From assembly GCA_038231275.1 (NCBI GenBank), contig JBBRLQ010000008.1, positions 32,001 through 96,000 of the forward strand: DNA of 64,000 nt. Reading direction: 5' to 3'. A program made the position numbers and the translations under genes. This stretch comes from Polyangiales bacterium. Its GTDB lineage: Bacteria > Myxococcota_A > Polyangia > Polyangiales > Polyangiaceae. Below, piece after piece: positions 9,250-20,475 of the stretch; the stretch's first letter is position 1, and every line of letters begins with the position of its first letter. The notes under the pieces were generated by a model. The model saw nothing but the letters and a program-made list of their open reading frames with translations, had not been told where the DNA came from and searched no databases.

Positions 9250-10475
9250 GTTGGATCGAGGAAAAGGCGCACCTGGAGCTCGCACGCATCCGCGAGGCCC
9301 GTGAGAAGCAGGTCTACCCGTACTTTCGCGAGTTCGAGACCGGCGGCCTCCACACGACGATCGCGGGCAAGCCCGTCACCAACTTCAGCTCGAACGACTA
9401 TCTCGGCCTCACCAACCACCCCAAGGTGAAGGAAGCGGCGCACAAGGCGCTCGAGAAGTACGCGTGCGGCCTCTCGAGCTCGCGCGTGCAAGCCACGACC
9501 GTGGAGCACGTCGATCTCGAGCGGCGCCTCGCGAAGTTCTTCGGCTTCGAGAAGTGCCTGATGTTCACGACCGGCTACCAAGCGATGCTCGGCCTCATCG
9601 CCGCGTCGGCCGACAAGGACACCACGCTCGTCCTCGACAGCTTCAGCCACGCTTGCATCCTGGACGGCACCTTCCTCGCGGCCGGCATCCCTGGCCGCGC
9701 GCCCGAGGTCCGCTTCTTCAACCACAACTCGGCCAAGAGCCTCGAGCGCATCCTCAAGACGCGCGAGCGGAAGAACGCGCTCGTCCTCGTCGAAGGCGTG
9801 TACTCGCTCGACGGCGATCGCGCGAACTTGAAGGAGTTCGTCGAGATTTGCGACAGGTACGACGCGGTCCTCGCGGTCGACGACGCGCACGGCTCCGGCA
9901 CGCTCGGCGAGCACGGCAAGGGGCTCATCGAGGAGCTCGGCCTTCACGGCAAAGTGCCGATCCTCATGACCGCGTTCTCCAAGACGTTCGGCGGCATCGG
10001 CGGCGCACTCCTGGCGAGCACCGAGATCATCGAGATGGTGCAACACTCGGCGCGCTCGTTCCTCTTCAGCGCGAGCCTACCGGTGCCGATCGTCGCCGCG
10101 GTCTCGACGATCCTCGACATGCTCGAGACGAACGGCCCCGAGCTCGTGCGCGAGCTCCACCAGAAGCGCGACTACATGCGCGGCAAATTGCTCGAGGCCG
10201 GCTTCGAGCTCGGCACCAGCACCACGCACATCATGCCGGTCATGTGCCGCGACGAGCGAAAGACGCTCTTCATGCACGTCGCGTTGCTCGAGTGCGGCGT
10301 CCTCATGGTCCCCATCACTTACCCTGGCGTGAAGCCCGGCGAGGAGCGCCTGCGCGTGAACGTGACGCGAGGCCACACGCAAGAAGACATGGACACGGCG
10401 CTCGAGCTCCTGAAGACGTACGGTGAGGCCTTCTTCGTCCTGTCGGGCGAAGACCTCGGCGAGGTGGAAGAGTGA
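9246..10475 (+). CDS. PLP-dependent alpha-oxoamine synthase, serine palmitoyltransferase-like
   Basis: TTG start overlaps the upstream stop, with GAGGAG RBS. Motifs VYPYFRE, FSSNDYLGL, TGYQA, SHACILDG, DDAHG, FSKTFGGIGG (PLP Lys), RLRVN. Confidence 0.85.
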   Translation: MSWIEEKAHLELARIREAREKQVYPYFREFETGGLHTTIAGKPVTNFSSNDYLGLTNHPKVKEAAHKALEKYACGLSSSRVQATTVEHVDLERRLAKFFGFEKCLMFTTGYQAMLGLIAASADKDTTLVLDSFSHACILDGTFLAAGIPGRAPEVRFFNHNSAKSLERILKTRERKNALVLVEGVYSLDGDRANLKEFVEICDRYDAVLAVDDAHGSGTLGEHGKGLIEELGLHGKVPILMTAFSKTFGGIGGALLASTEIIEMVQHSARSFLFSASLPVPIVAAVSTILDMLETNGPELVRELHQKRDYMRGKLLEAGFELGTSTTHIMPVMCRDERKTLFMHVALLECGVLMVPITYPGVKPGEERLRVNVTRGHTQEDMDTALELLKTYGEAFFVLSGEDLGEVEE

Positions 10476-10483
10476 GGACGACC

Positions 10484-10726
10484 ATGGCGACCTACGAAGA
10501 GACGCTTCAAGTCACGACCGACATCCTGAAGAAGCACGTCGACGCGCAGAAGCCGGTGCGGCCGAACGATCACATCCAGAACGATCTGGGGCTCGACAGC
10601 CTCGGCGTGATGGAGGTGGTGGCGGACATCGAGGATCACTATGGCGTGTCGATCCCGAACGAGCAGCTGACGACCTTCGCGACGGTCGAAGACGTGGCGC
10701 GCGCGCTGGCGAAGCTCAGCGCGTAG
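10484..10726 (+). CDS. Acyl carrier protein (ACP 3)
   Basis: DLGLDSLGVMEVV motif; directly follows the oxoamine synthase, with GAGG RBS. Confidence 0.9.
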   Translation: MATYEETLQVTTDILKKHVDAQKPVRPNDHIQNDLGLDSLGVMEVVADIEDHYGVSIPNEQLTTFATVEDVARALAKLSA

Positions 10727-10729
10727 TCC

Positions 10730-11569
10730 TCATCCGACGAGCTCCACGATCTCCCGGCTCGGAAGCTCGATCCCGTAGCTGGCGAGGGGCGTGACGATTC
10801 CGTCCAAGACCGCGGCGCGGACCTGGGCCTTGTAAAAGCGAGACTCGACCCATCCGATCTCGTGGACCTGGTCTTTGGTCGCGGCGCGGCGGCCGGCCTT
10901 GGTGTCGTCGCGCGCCGTGCCCTTCCACCGTGGTCCGTAGGACGCGAGAGAGGCGAGCGCCACCTTCGCGAGACGCGCGCGCTCCTCGTCGTCCATGTGC
11001 TCGCTCGCCCAGTCGAAGTAGACGCCGCCGAGGCGGTAGTGAAGCGACTCGTCGGCGACGATGCGCTCGTAGATCGCGCGCGTGAGGGGATGCGTGGTCG
11101 ATCGCATCGCGTTCACCGCCATCTTGCCGCTGAACGCCTCCGCGATGCAGCTGATGCGGAGGACGAGCTCGTTGGCGCGCTGGAGCGCCGAGAGGGATGG
11201 GTCGGGCTTCGTGACGAGGGCGTCGAAATCGACCGGGCGCGGGACGCCGCCGCCCAGCTCCATCGCCATGCGGCTCGCGAGCTCGACGTGGACGACCTCG
11301 TCGGCGACGAAGCTGCTCGCCATGCCGACGATGTCGAGGGGCGCCTTCGCTTCGGCGAGCGCGCGGATCACCTCGGCGAACGCCGCGACCGCGCGGTATT
11401 CGGTGTACGCCGCCTCCGTCCACGTCGCGCGCGCCGCGTCGAGGACGTCGCGCGGGTAGGCGGCGACGTCGAACGATCCCCACGGCAAATCGTCGATCCC
11501 CGGGCGCGCGCGCCGAAAATGGTGCTCGGCCGCGCCGCCCATCCATTCGAGCTCGAAGAGGGCCCGCAT
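10730..11569 (-). CDS. Ferritin-like (diiron-carboxylate) domain protein
   Basis: Two E...DExxH sets: TEYRA/DEVVH and AEAFS/DESLH. ATG 11569 is 1 nt after the upstream stop. Confidence 0.7.
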   Translation of the reverse strand: MRALFELEWMGGAAEHHFRRARPGIDDLPWGSFDVAAYPRDVLDAARATWTEAAYTEYRAVAAFAEVIRALAEAKAPLDIVGMASSFVADEVVHVELASRMAMELGGGVPRPVDFDALVTKPDPSLSALQRANELVLRISCIAEAFSGKMAVNAMRSTTHPLTRAIYERIVADESLHYRLGGVYFDWASEHMDDEERARLAKVALASLASYGPRWKGTARDDTKAGRRAATKDQVHEIGWVESRFYKAQVRAAVLDGIVTPLASYGIELPSREIVELVG

Positions 11570-11570
11570 C

Positions 11571-11912
11571 TCACCCACCTCCTGCGTCGCCGCCGCCGTC
11601 GACGATGCCGACTCCGCCGTCGCCGCCGCCGGCGTTGACGTCGGTGCCCGCATCGCCGCTGCCTGGGCTCGCCTCTGGTCCCGCGTCATCGGCCTTGAAT
11701 CCATGGAAATCCGCGTCGCCCGCCTCACCAATGGTGAGACCGCTGTCTCGAACCGAGAGCCCGCCATCGCTGGCGACGCCGACCCCGATGAACTCGGGTC
11801 CGCCGTCGGCGACTTCCCCGGTGCTCGAGCACCCGGCCAGCAGCGCCCCCGCGCCGACCGTCGCGCGAAGAAGAAACCGGGGACCCTTTGTCGTTCTCAC
11901 GCGTGTGGTCAT
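11571..11912 (-). CDS. Small Gly/Asp-rich lipoprotein
   Basis: Basic N-terminus, LLAGC lipobox, DAG/DGG-rich tail; GAGG RBS; coupled to the ferritin-like gene. Confidence 0.65.
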   Translation of the reverse strand: MTTRVRTTKGPRFLLRATVGAGALLAGCSSTGEVADGGPEFIGVGVASDGGLSVRDSGLTIGEAGDADFHGFKADDAGPEASPGSGDAGTDVNAGGGDGGVGIVDGGGDAGGG

Positions 11913-12107
11913 GTTCATCCTCTTGTTCGGAAGTCGACTCGTCGAGCGCGCACGACTGGAACGAGAGCGCGCGACGCCCGCGACGCAATGCGCGTGCCCT
12001 GAAAATTCCCCAGCAATCCGACGTTCGACCGCTGCACGCCCTGGCCACTGTGTGCCACTCGCGAAGAGGGGGGCCGGCATCATTCTCGAAGCCAGGCTGC
12101 CGACTCG

Positions 12108-12137
12108 AAGTTGTATTACCAATTTGTAATACAACTT
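12108..12137. promoter_or_regulatory. Perfect AT-rich inverted repeat, probable transcription-factor operator
   Basis: AAGTTGTATTAC-caattt-GTAATACAACTT (12-bp arms, 6-bp spacer), intergenic, about 200 bp upstream of the lipoprotein/ferritin-like pair. Confidence 0.6.
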
Positions 12138-12212
12138 TGTGGCAAGTGGACCCGGCCCCGACGTGGAGGCAAGGTCGAACCCGCCGAGTCGTAGTTGCCC
12201 AGGTCTTCCTGG

Positions 12213-12836
12213 TCAGTCGACCGGATGCCCGAACGAGGCGTCGAGCGCGCGCGCGGCCGCCGCGGGGTCCGCTGCGCCGAGGATCGAGCGGATCACCGCG
12301 ACCCCGATCGCGCCGGCCGCGAGGCACGTGGCGACGTTCGAGGCGTCGACTCCGCCGAGCGCATAGATCGGCATGCTCGGCGCCACTGCGCACGCGCGCA
12401 CGATCGCATTCGCGCCGCGCGGGCTCCCCTTCCCCGGCGTCTCGAAGATCGGGCTCACCAGCGCGGCGTCGGCGCCGGATGAAATGGCTGCGCGCACGTC
12501 GTCGTCGGTGTGCGCGGCGACGGTGAGAAACGCGGCGCGACCAAGGGCTGCGCGCGCCGACGGATCGATCGCTTCCCCCCCGAAGTGGACGCCGTCCGCC
12601 CCGATGTCCACGGCGAGGGCCACGTCTCGGTTCACGAGCAGCATCGCGCCGTGGGCTCGTGTCAGCACCCGCAGCTCGCGCGCCAGCGCTTCGGGTCTCC
12701 CTCCGCGATCGCGCACCTGCACGGCGAGCGTTCCCGATGGCACGGCGAAGAGAGCCTGGCGCAGCTGCGCGACGATGAACTCCGGCGCGTACGCCGGATC
12801 CGTGATCACGAGGATGCGGGGAAGGGCGCGGATCAC
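12213..12836 (-). CDS. thiE: Thiamine-phosphate synthase family protein (ThiE/TenI)
   Basis: VQVRDR, LLVNRD, GADGVHF, SPIFETPGK, YALGGV; same operon as thiG; GTGA overlap with the upstream gene. Confidence 0.75.
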   Translation of the reverse strand: MIRALPRILVITDPAYAPEFIVAQLRQALFAVPSGTLAVQVRDRGGRPEALARELRVLTRAHGAMLLVNRDVALAVDIGADGVHFGGEAIDPSARAALGRAAFLTVAAHTDDDVRAAISSGADAALVSPIFETPGKGSPRGANAIVRACAVAPSMPIYALGGVDASNVATCLAAGAIGVAVIRSILGAADPAAAARALDASFGHPVD

Positions 12837-13114
12837 CCGCCGTCCGTGGTGCTCGCGGGCGTTGCCGAAGCGCCGCCACCCAGCTTCGCGCGCGCGGCGG
12901 GGGCGTGGCGGCTCGAGGGGTACTTCTTCACGAGGTATTCGAGCGTCTCTTTCGCGGACGCGTCGTTGTGCTCGCCCTCGAACTTCGCCGCGAGGTCCCA
13001 CAGCGCGTCGCCCGCCGTGTCCTCCAACCGATTCGCCGGGTCGGGGTCGTGCTTGCACTGCATCGGCGCGAACGCGAGCGCGCCGGCCACGACGGACGCG
13101 GCGAGCCCCTTCAT
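12833..13114 (-). CDS. Small exported protein / lipoprotein with a TPR-like helical segment
   Basis: [20 protein letters not shown] signal; [13 protein letters not shown] resembles a TPR/BamD-like repeat; start and stop overlap thiG and thiE. Confidence 0.6.
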   Translation of the reverse strand: MKGLAASVVAGALAFAPMQCKHDPDPANRLEDTAGDALWDLAAKFEGEHNDASAKETLEYLVKKYPSSRHAPAARAKLGGGASATPASTTDGG

Positions 13115-13887
13115 TCGATGAGGCCCGCCGTCGGACTCGACGCGTTTGCGTAGCGCGTCTTCGGCATCCGGCCCGCCAAGAACGCCATGCGACCTGCGCG
13201 GACGCCCTCCTTCATCGCCGTCGCCATCAGCACGGGATCTTTCGCGTGCGCGATCGCCGTGTTCATGAGGACGCCCTGGCAACCGAGCTCCATCGCGACC
13301 GCCGCGTCGCTCGCCGTGCCAACGCCCGCATCGACGATCACCGGCACCTTGGCGTGCTCGAGGATGATCGAGAGGTTGTGCGCGTTGCGGATCCCGAGCC
13401 CGCTGCCGATCGGCGCGGCGAGCGGCATGACGGCGGCGCAGCCGATGTCCTCGAGCTTGCGGCACACGATCGGATCGTCGATGCAGTACGGGAGCACGAC
13501 GAAGCCCTCCTTTACGAGGACCTTCGCGGCCTCGAGCGTCTGCTCGTTGTCGGGGTAGAGCGTCTTCGGATCGCCGATCACCTCGAGCTTCACGATGTCG
13601 GCGATGCCGAGCTCGCGTGCGAGGCGCAGGGTGCGGACCGCGTCGTCAGCGGTGAAGCAGCCGGCGGTGTTCGGGAGGAGTGTCCACTTCTTCCTCTGGA
13701 GGAGCGACATGAGCGAGCCGCTGGATCGATCCGAGAGATCGACGCGGCGGAGCGCGACGGTGACGATCTCGGCGCCGGACGCGTCGATCGCGCGCTCGGT
13801 CTCGTCGACGGATTTGTATTTGCCCGTCCCGACGATGAGGCGGCTTCCGTAGCTCTTCCCAGCGAGGACCAGCGGATCGGTGTGCAT
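13111..13887 (-). CDS. thiG: Thiazole synthase ThiG
   Basis: [47 protein letters not shown]. Confidence 0.97.
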   Translation of the reverse strand: MHTDPLVLAGKSYGSRLIVGTGKYKSVDETERAIDASGAEIVTVALRRVDLSDRSSGSLMSLLQRKKWTLLPNTAGCFTADDAVRTLRLARELGIADIVKLEVIGDPKTLYPDNEQTLEAAKVLVKEGFVVLPYCIDDPIVCRKLEDIGCAAVMPLAAPIGSGLGIRNAHNLSIILEHAKVPVIVDAGVGTASDAAVAMELGCQGVLMNTAIAHAKDPVLMATAMKEGVRAGRMAFLAGRMPKTRYANASSPTAGLIE

Positions 13888-13903
13888 CGCGGGTCTTCTT
13901 ACC

Positions 13904-14755
13904 TCAGCTCGCGGGCGTCGCCCAGCGGCGGTGGAGCCAGAGCCATTCGCTCGGATTTTCCTGCACGAAACGCTCGAGGGCGCGGGTCGCGTCCCGGGTG
14001 ACCTCGTCAATCCACGCGCGATCGGGCGCGGCGGGCGGCGTGTGGACGTCGAGGATACGGAGGGTGTGCGTCCCGTCGGCGTTTCGGAGGGACGCGGCGA
14101 CGACCAGAGGAGCGCCCGTCGCCGCCGCCACCGCCGCCGGCGCGCGATCGACGTGCGCGTCTGCGCCCAGGAAGTCCGTGGTGATGGCCCGCGCCTTCTT
14201 GGGCGGCACCTGATCGAGCATCATCGCCACCGCGCCGCCGCGGCGCAGCGTCGCTCGCGCACGCCATGCCGCGTCTCCTGCGTGGACCGTCCCCACGCGC
14301 CGTGACGCACGGAGGCGCGCGCAGAACCGATGGAAGCCTTGGACGCGAAGAGGCTTGGTGACGACGAGGAGCTCCGAGTCCTCGGCCCACCGGCACGCGG
14401 CGATCTCCCAGTTGCCCGTGTGCGACGCCGCGAGAACGATCCCTCGTCCGCCTTCCCGGGCGCGTGCCAGCGCGACGCGCGACGCGTCGTCCAAGTCGAC
14501 GAGCGGCGCGACCGAGCCACGCTGGCCCCGCATCCACAGAAGCTCGAACACACCCATGCCGAGCGCTCGATACATCGCGCGCGCGGAGCGATCCGGCGAC
14601 GCCACGCCCGCGCGCGTCATCGACACGACGACATGCGCCCGGCGAATGCCCATCGCCCAGGCCACGAGACCGAGCACGCGGCCCAGCGCGCGCACCGCCG
14701 ACAGCGGCAAGAGACCGACCACCCGCGCGAGAATCTCGAGCGCGGGCGTGATCAC
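13904..14755 (-). CDS. Lipid A late acyltransferase (LpxL/HtrB family)
   Basis: SHTGNWE (HxxxxE), LDQ, C-terminal [11 protein letters not shown]. Confidence 0.85.
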   Translation of the reverse strand: MITPALEILARVVGLLPLSAVRALGRVLGLVAWAMGIRRAHVVVSMTRAGVASPDRSARAMYRALGMGVFELLWMRGQRGSVAPLVDLDDASRVALARAREGGRGIVLAASHTGNWEIAACRWAEDSELLVVTKPLRVQGFHRFCARLRASRRVGTVHAGDAAWRARATLRRGGAVAMMLDQVPPKKARAITTDFLGADAHVDRAPAAVAAATGAPLVVAASLRNADGTHTLRILDVHTPPAAPDRAWIDEVTRDATRALERFVQENPSEWLWLHRRWATPAS

Positions 14756-14756
14756 G

Positions 14757-15044
14757 TCAGCCGAACCCTGCGCGGCGTGCCGGCGTGCCGCCGCCGCCTT
14801 CCATCGAGATCGCGAACACGTCGCTGCGAACGACCGTGAACGTCTCCTTCTTCTGCGTCTTGGCGTACACGAGCTCGCCCTCGCCGCGCACCGCCTCGAC
14901 CTTGGGCACCACGAGGCTCGCGCCGTCGTGGGAGACGTACAGGCTCAGCGTCGTCCCCTCGGGGAGCGTGGAGAACCCGTTCTTCTCGCCGTCCGACTTG
15001 GCCAGGGCGTTCTTGAGGATCGCGTCGAAATGCTCGGGGGTCAT
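14757..15044 (-). CDS. Hypothetical protein (95 aa)
   Basis: MTPEHFDAILKNALAKS...RRAGFG; protein-like composition; stop is 1 nt before the acyltransferase start. Confidence 0.65.
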   Translation of the reverse strand: MTPEHFDAILKNALAKSDGEKNGFSTLPEGTTLSLYVSHDGASLVVPKVEAVRGEGELVYAKTQKKETFTVVRSDVFAISMEGGGGTPARRAGFG

Positions 15045-15098
15045 GTCCTGGGGTATACCAGGATTTGCCGCGCGGGGAGCCTCGCGTCGTAGTAGAGC

Positions 15099-15926
15099 AT
15101 GGTAGAGTTTTCCGAGGAGTCGCACAGCGTGCTCGACGACATCGTCGTCCTCAGGGACGTCAAGAAGACGTTCGGCGATCAGGAGGTCCTGAAGGGGATC
15201 GATCTCGTCGCGCGACGCAACGAGACGACCGTAGTCATCGGCGGCTCGGGCGCCGGCAAGACGACCCTCCTCCGCCTCATCGTCGCGCTCGAGCAGCCGA
15301 CGAGTGGGCAAATTTTGATCGACGGCGACAACATCGTCGGCCTCAAGGAGCGCGAGCTCAACGTCGTCCGCCGCAAATTCGGGATGGTATACCAGTACGC
15401 GGCGCTCCTCGATTCGTGCACGGTCTTGGAGAACGTCGCGTTTCCCCTCGTCGAGCACACCAAGCTCTCGAAAAATGAGATGCGCGACCGCGTCCTCGAG
15501 AAGCTCAAGATCCTGGGATTGGATCCCGGCGTGGAGAAGAAGTTCCCGAGCGAGCTCTCGGGCGGAATGCGAAAGCGCGTCGGCCTGGCGCGGGCGCTGA
15601 TGCTCGAGCCGCCGATCCTCGTCTACGACGAGCCGACGAGCGGCCTCGATCCACTCACGAGCCGCATGGTCGACGACCTCATCGAGGAGATGCGCGAGCG
15701 CTTCAGGGTCACGAGCGTCGTGATCTCGCACGACATCGCGAGCTGCTTTCGCATCGCGCACCAGGCGCTCCTCTTGATCCGCGGGCAAGTGGTCGCACGG
15801 GGAACCCCTGACGAGCTCGTCCGTGGCGACAACGAAGAGGCGCGCGAATTCATCAAAAAATCAGGGGTGGACGTGAGCAACCTGTCGCGCGTCGCTGCCA
15901 TGGCTCCCGAGCGGCTGGGAAAGTGA
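15099..15926 (+). CDS. ABC transporter ATP-binding protein, MlaF/Mkl family
   Basis: Walker A GGSGAGKT, LSGGMRKRVGLARAL, YDEPTSGLDP, SHDI. Confidence 0.9.
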   Translation: MVEFSEESHSVLDDIVVLRDVKKTFGDQEVLKGIDLVARRNETTVVIGGSGAGKTTLLRLIVALEQPTSGQILIDGDNIVGLKERELNVVRRKFGMVYQYAALLDSCTVLENVAFPLVEHTKLSKNEMRDRVLEKLKILGLDPGVEKKFPSELSGGMRKRVGLARALMLEPPILVYDEPTSGLDPLTSRMVDDLIEEMRERFRVTSVVISHDIASCFRIAHQALLLIRGQVVARGTPDELVRGDNEEAREFIKKSGVDVSNLSRVAAMAPERLGK

Positions 15927-15949
15927 CGCAAGCGCGCTATCCTTGACCG

Positions 15950-16843
15950 ATGATGCCGGGTCGCCCCCCGTACGGTTACGGACCTCCCCCGCATCCTCCG
16001 CCGCCGCCCCCGCAGCGTCCGGGCTATCGCCCTTACGACGGGATGTACGGCTTCGGCGAGCCGATGGTGCCACAAGCCACCGACCATCGCGCGGCGCTCT
16101 CGCTCGCGCTCGGCATCCTGAGCCTCACGTGCGGCGGTCTCTTTCTCGGCGTGCCGGCGATCTTCTTCGGCGTGAGCGCGCGTAAGCACATTCAGGCGTC
16201 GGGCGGCCTCACGACCGGCACCGGCCTCGCGACGGGCGGCATCGTCACGGGCATCCTGGGAACGCTCGCGAGCTTCGTCATCGCCGGCGCCTTCGCCGTG
16301 AGCATGCTTCTCAATCCGGGCGGCGGAGGGCACGTCTCGTTCGGCGGACCCCCGAGATCGTCGACGGCGACGCCGCACGGCACTGCCGCCCCTGCGCCGC
16401 ACCGCGCGACGATCGGCGCGGTCGACGTCGTGAACCTCTCCTCCGACGACGGCCCGCTCAAGGACCAGCTCGCCGCCGAGCTCGCCCGCGCGCGCGCCAG
16501 CAAGCGAACGCTCGTCGTGCAAACCACCGCGCCGTGGGCGAACGTCTGCGCGGAGATCGACGACGCGCTGCCCGACGCGCGCATGCAGGCGGCCCTGGCC
16601 GACGTGCAGCTCGTTCGCGTCGACATCGACGAGTTCCGCGGCGAGCTCAAGTCCCAGCGCATGTACGAGGGCAGCGTGCCGTGGTTTTACAAGATCGACT
16701 CGACGGTGCACCCGACCGACGCGATCAGCGGCGACGAGTGGGACGAGAACACGCCGGAGAACATGGCGCCGGTGTTGAAGGCGTTCGCCTCGGGCACGCT
16801 GAAGCTCCGCCGTCACACGACGCCTCTGGGAACGCCGCTCTGA
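15950..16843 (+). CDS. Membrane protein: Pro-rich N-terminus, DUF4190-like hairpin, C-terminal thioredoxin-like domain
   Basis: ALSLALGILS...G.GLATGGIVTG hairpin; TAPWANVC (degenerate WCxxC), VRVDID, VPWF. Confidence 0.65.
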   Translation: MMPGRPPYGYGPPPHPPPPPPQRPGYRPYDGMYGFGEPMVPQATDHRAALSLALGILSLTCGGLFLGVPAIFFGVSARKHIQASGGLTTGTGLATGGIVTGILGTLASFVIAGAFAVSMLLNPGGGGHVSFGGPPRSSTATPHGTAAPAPHRATIGAVDVVNLSSDDGPLKDQLAAELARARASKRTLVVQTTAPWANVCAEIDDALPDARMQAALADVQLVRVDIDEFRGELKSQRMYEGSVPWFYKIDSTVHPTDAISGDEWDENTPENMAPVLKAFASGTLKLRRHTTPLGTPL

Positions 16844-16855
16844 TAGCCTCGCCTC

Positions 16856-17824
16856 ATGTGGAGGCGCCTCTTCGTCCTCGCCGCTGCACTGGTGACCCTC
16901 TTGGGCGGGACAGGGTGCGCGTCCTCGCCGCCGTATGTCGCGTTGCGCACGCCAGACCGGCCCGCGCGCGTTCCTGACGACGTCACGCACGCGGAAGGCT
17001 CGTTCAAGGGACACGGGGGGATGAAGCTCTTCGAGCAGTCGTGGCGGCCGAGCGGTGCGCCGCGCGGCGTGCTCGTCGTGGTGCATGGGCTCAAGGATCA
17101 CAGCGCGCGCTACGGGGCGCTCGCGATCGCCGCGGTGAGGCGAGGCTATGCGGTGTACGCGTTCGATCTGCGCGGCCACGGGCGGTCCGAGGGCGTGCGC
17201 GTGTATACGAGCGCGTTCGACGACTACCTCGCCGACCTCGGCATCTTCTTGAAGCGCGTGCGCGAGAAGGAGCCTGCAGCCACGCCGTTCTTGTTCGGCC
17301 ACAGCATGGGCGGGGCGATCTCCACGCTCTACGCGATGGCGCACCCGACGGAGATGAAGGGCTTGCTCCTCTCCGGCGCGGCGCTCAAGACCGATGTCTC
17401 GGGCGCGACGGTCACCGGAACGAAGGTGATCGCGGCGGTCTCACCCCGCGCCGGCGTCTTTCAGCTCGATCTCGACGACTTTTCGCGCGATCCATCGACC
17501 GTCTGGGAAGGGCGCGTCGATCCGCTCGTCTACCAGCAGCCTGCGCCGGCGCGGACTGCGCGCGAAGTGCTCTCCGCGATCGATCGGATCCAGGAACACA
17601 TGGACGAACTGACGACACCGGTGCTCGTCATGCACGGCAGCGCCGACAAGGTGACGCCGCCCGACGGGAGCCGCGAGCTCTTTCGTCGCGCGCGCGCGCA
17701 GGACAAGACGCTGCGACTTTACGAGGGGCTCTACCACGATCTCTTGCACGAGCCGGAGCGAGCGCAGGTGACGGGCGACATCCTCGACTGGCTCGATCGG
17801 CGCACGACCACGCCGGCCAACTGA
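16856..17824 (+). CDS. Alpha/beta hydrolase, monoacylglycerol lipase/lysophospholipase family, lipoprotein
   Basis: VHGLKDH, DLRGHGRS, GHSMGG nucleophile, HGSAD, YHDLLHE; signal peptide ending GTGC. Confidence 0.88.
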   Translation: MWRRLFVLAAALVTLLGGTGCASSPPYVALRTPDRPARVPDDVTHAEGSFKGHGGMKLFEQSWRPSGAPRGVLVVVHGLKDHSARYGALAIAAVRRGYAVYAFDLRGHGRSEGVRVYTSAFDDYLADLGIFLKRVREKEPAATPFLFGHSMGGAISTLYAMAHPTEMKGLLLSGAALKTDVSGATVTGTKVIAAVSPRAGVFQLDLDDFSRDPSTVWEGRVDPLVYQQPAPARTAREVLSAIDRIQEHMDELTTPVLVMHGSADKVTPPDGSRELFRRARAQDKTLRLYEGLYHDLLHEPERAQVTGDILDWLDRRTTTPAN

Positions 17825-17842
17825 AGGCCTCTCGAGCGCCAT

Positions 17843-18831
17843 TCAGAACGATCCGCGCACATCGAGCGCGGCGCCGCCAGGAAGAGGCGCGAAGCCGACC
17901 GTCGCCCCCGAACGCGTCGACGGGATCGCGATGACCCCCACCGCGCCGACGATGCCGACACCCAGCGCGATCGTCGACACCCACGCGAGCGTCGTGGCGC
18001 GACCTGCCGCGTCGATGGACGCCTGGTCTTTGCAGTAGTGGCGGTCGAAGTTGCAGCCGTCCTTCGCCGTGCCGTTCGCGCCGTACGCGAAGGCGCCCGT
18101 CACGATCGCGACGCCCCCGCCCACGACGGCGACGCCGAGCGCCGCATAAAATAGGGGATTCGCGCGCGCGCTGCGGACCGCGTACTCCGGCTCCGGGGTA
18201 GACGCGGGAGGCGGCGGAGTGACGACCACCGGCGGCGGAGGCGCGGCGGGCACGCCGTTCGAAAGCGCCGGAACGCGGACCGTCTTTCGCTCCGAGAGAT
18301 CGATAGGCACATCGACGCGCCACCCTCGCCCGCCCGGCGCCGACGCTTCCACCGTGTGAAGACCCGGATCAACGGGCGCCGCGAGGCCCCACGCCGCGCG
18401 CCGCAGGACGATCCCGTCGAGCTTCACCTCGAGCCCCTCGACGTCCGCCTCGGGCGCGACGACGACGCTCACGCGCGGCACCTTCGCCTCGATCGCCGCG
18501 AGCCGCTCCCGCGCGAGATCCTGACGATCCTTCCTCTTGTCACGGATTGCGAGGCTGAGCGCGTCGTTCAGCTCGGCGTGCGCGGAGGCGACCTTGCCCT
18601 CCTTCTCGTGGCAGACGGCGAGGTTGAGTAGCGTGCCACCCCCAGGGTCCAGGCGCTGGCTCTCCGCGAGCTTCGGACACGCCTCGGCGTAGCGCTTGGC
18701 CTCCATGAGCGCGCGCGCATCGTCGAAGAGCGCCTGGGCGAGCTGTTGCTCACGCGTGTCGGCAGCTCGTCCGCGTGAGGAGGCGAGCGCGACGACGAGC
18801 GTGACGGCACACGCGCTGGCGTGGACACGCT

Positions 18832-18835
<4 letters not shown>
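17843..18835 (-). CDS. Secreted TPR + PEGA-like domain protein (myxobacterial kinase-associated type)
   Basis: Signal peptide, ACPKLAESQRLDPGGGTLLNLAVC TPR, EVKLDG...VDPGLHTVEA PEGA-like segment; ATGA overlap with the kinase. Confidence 0.75.
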
Positions 18836-20457
<1,622 letters not shown>

Positions 20458-20475
20458 CCTCTTTGTTCCCTTTTC

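Noticed and set aside
11571-11830. Repeated DAG/DGG units in the small lipoprotein as RiPP core peptides for the diiron enzyme
   Set aside because: The same low-complexity motifs occur in several unrelated lipoprotein linkers in this window, and no peptidase, RRE or transporter is linked.
12043-12057. TGGCAC on the minus strand as a sigma-54 promoter
   Set aside because: The GG-to-GC spacing is 9 rather than the required 10 nt.
13888-15098. TPP riboswitch upstream of thiG
   Set aside because: The intergenic gaps are too short and no full TPP consensus is recognisable.
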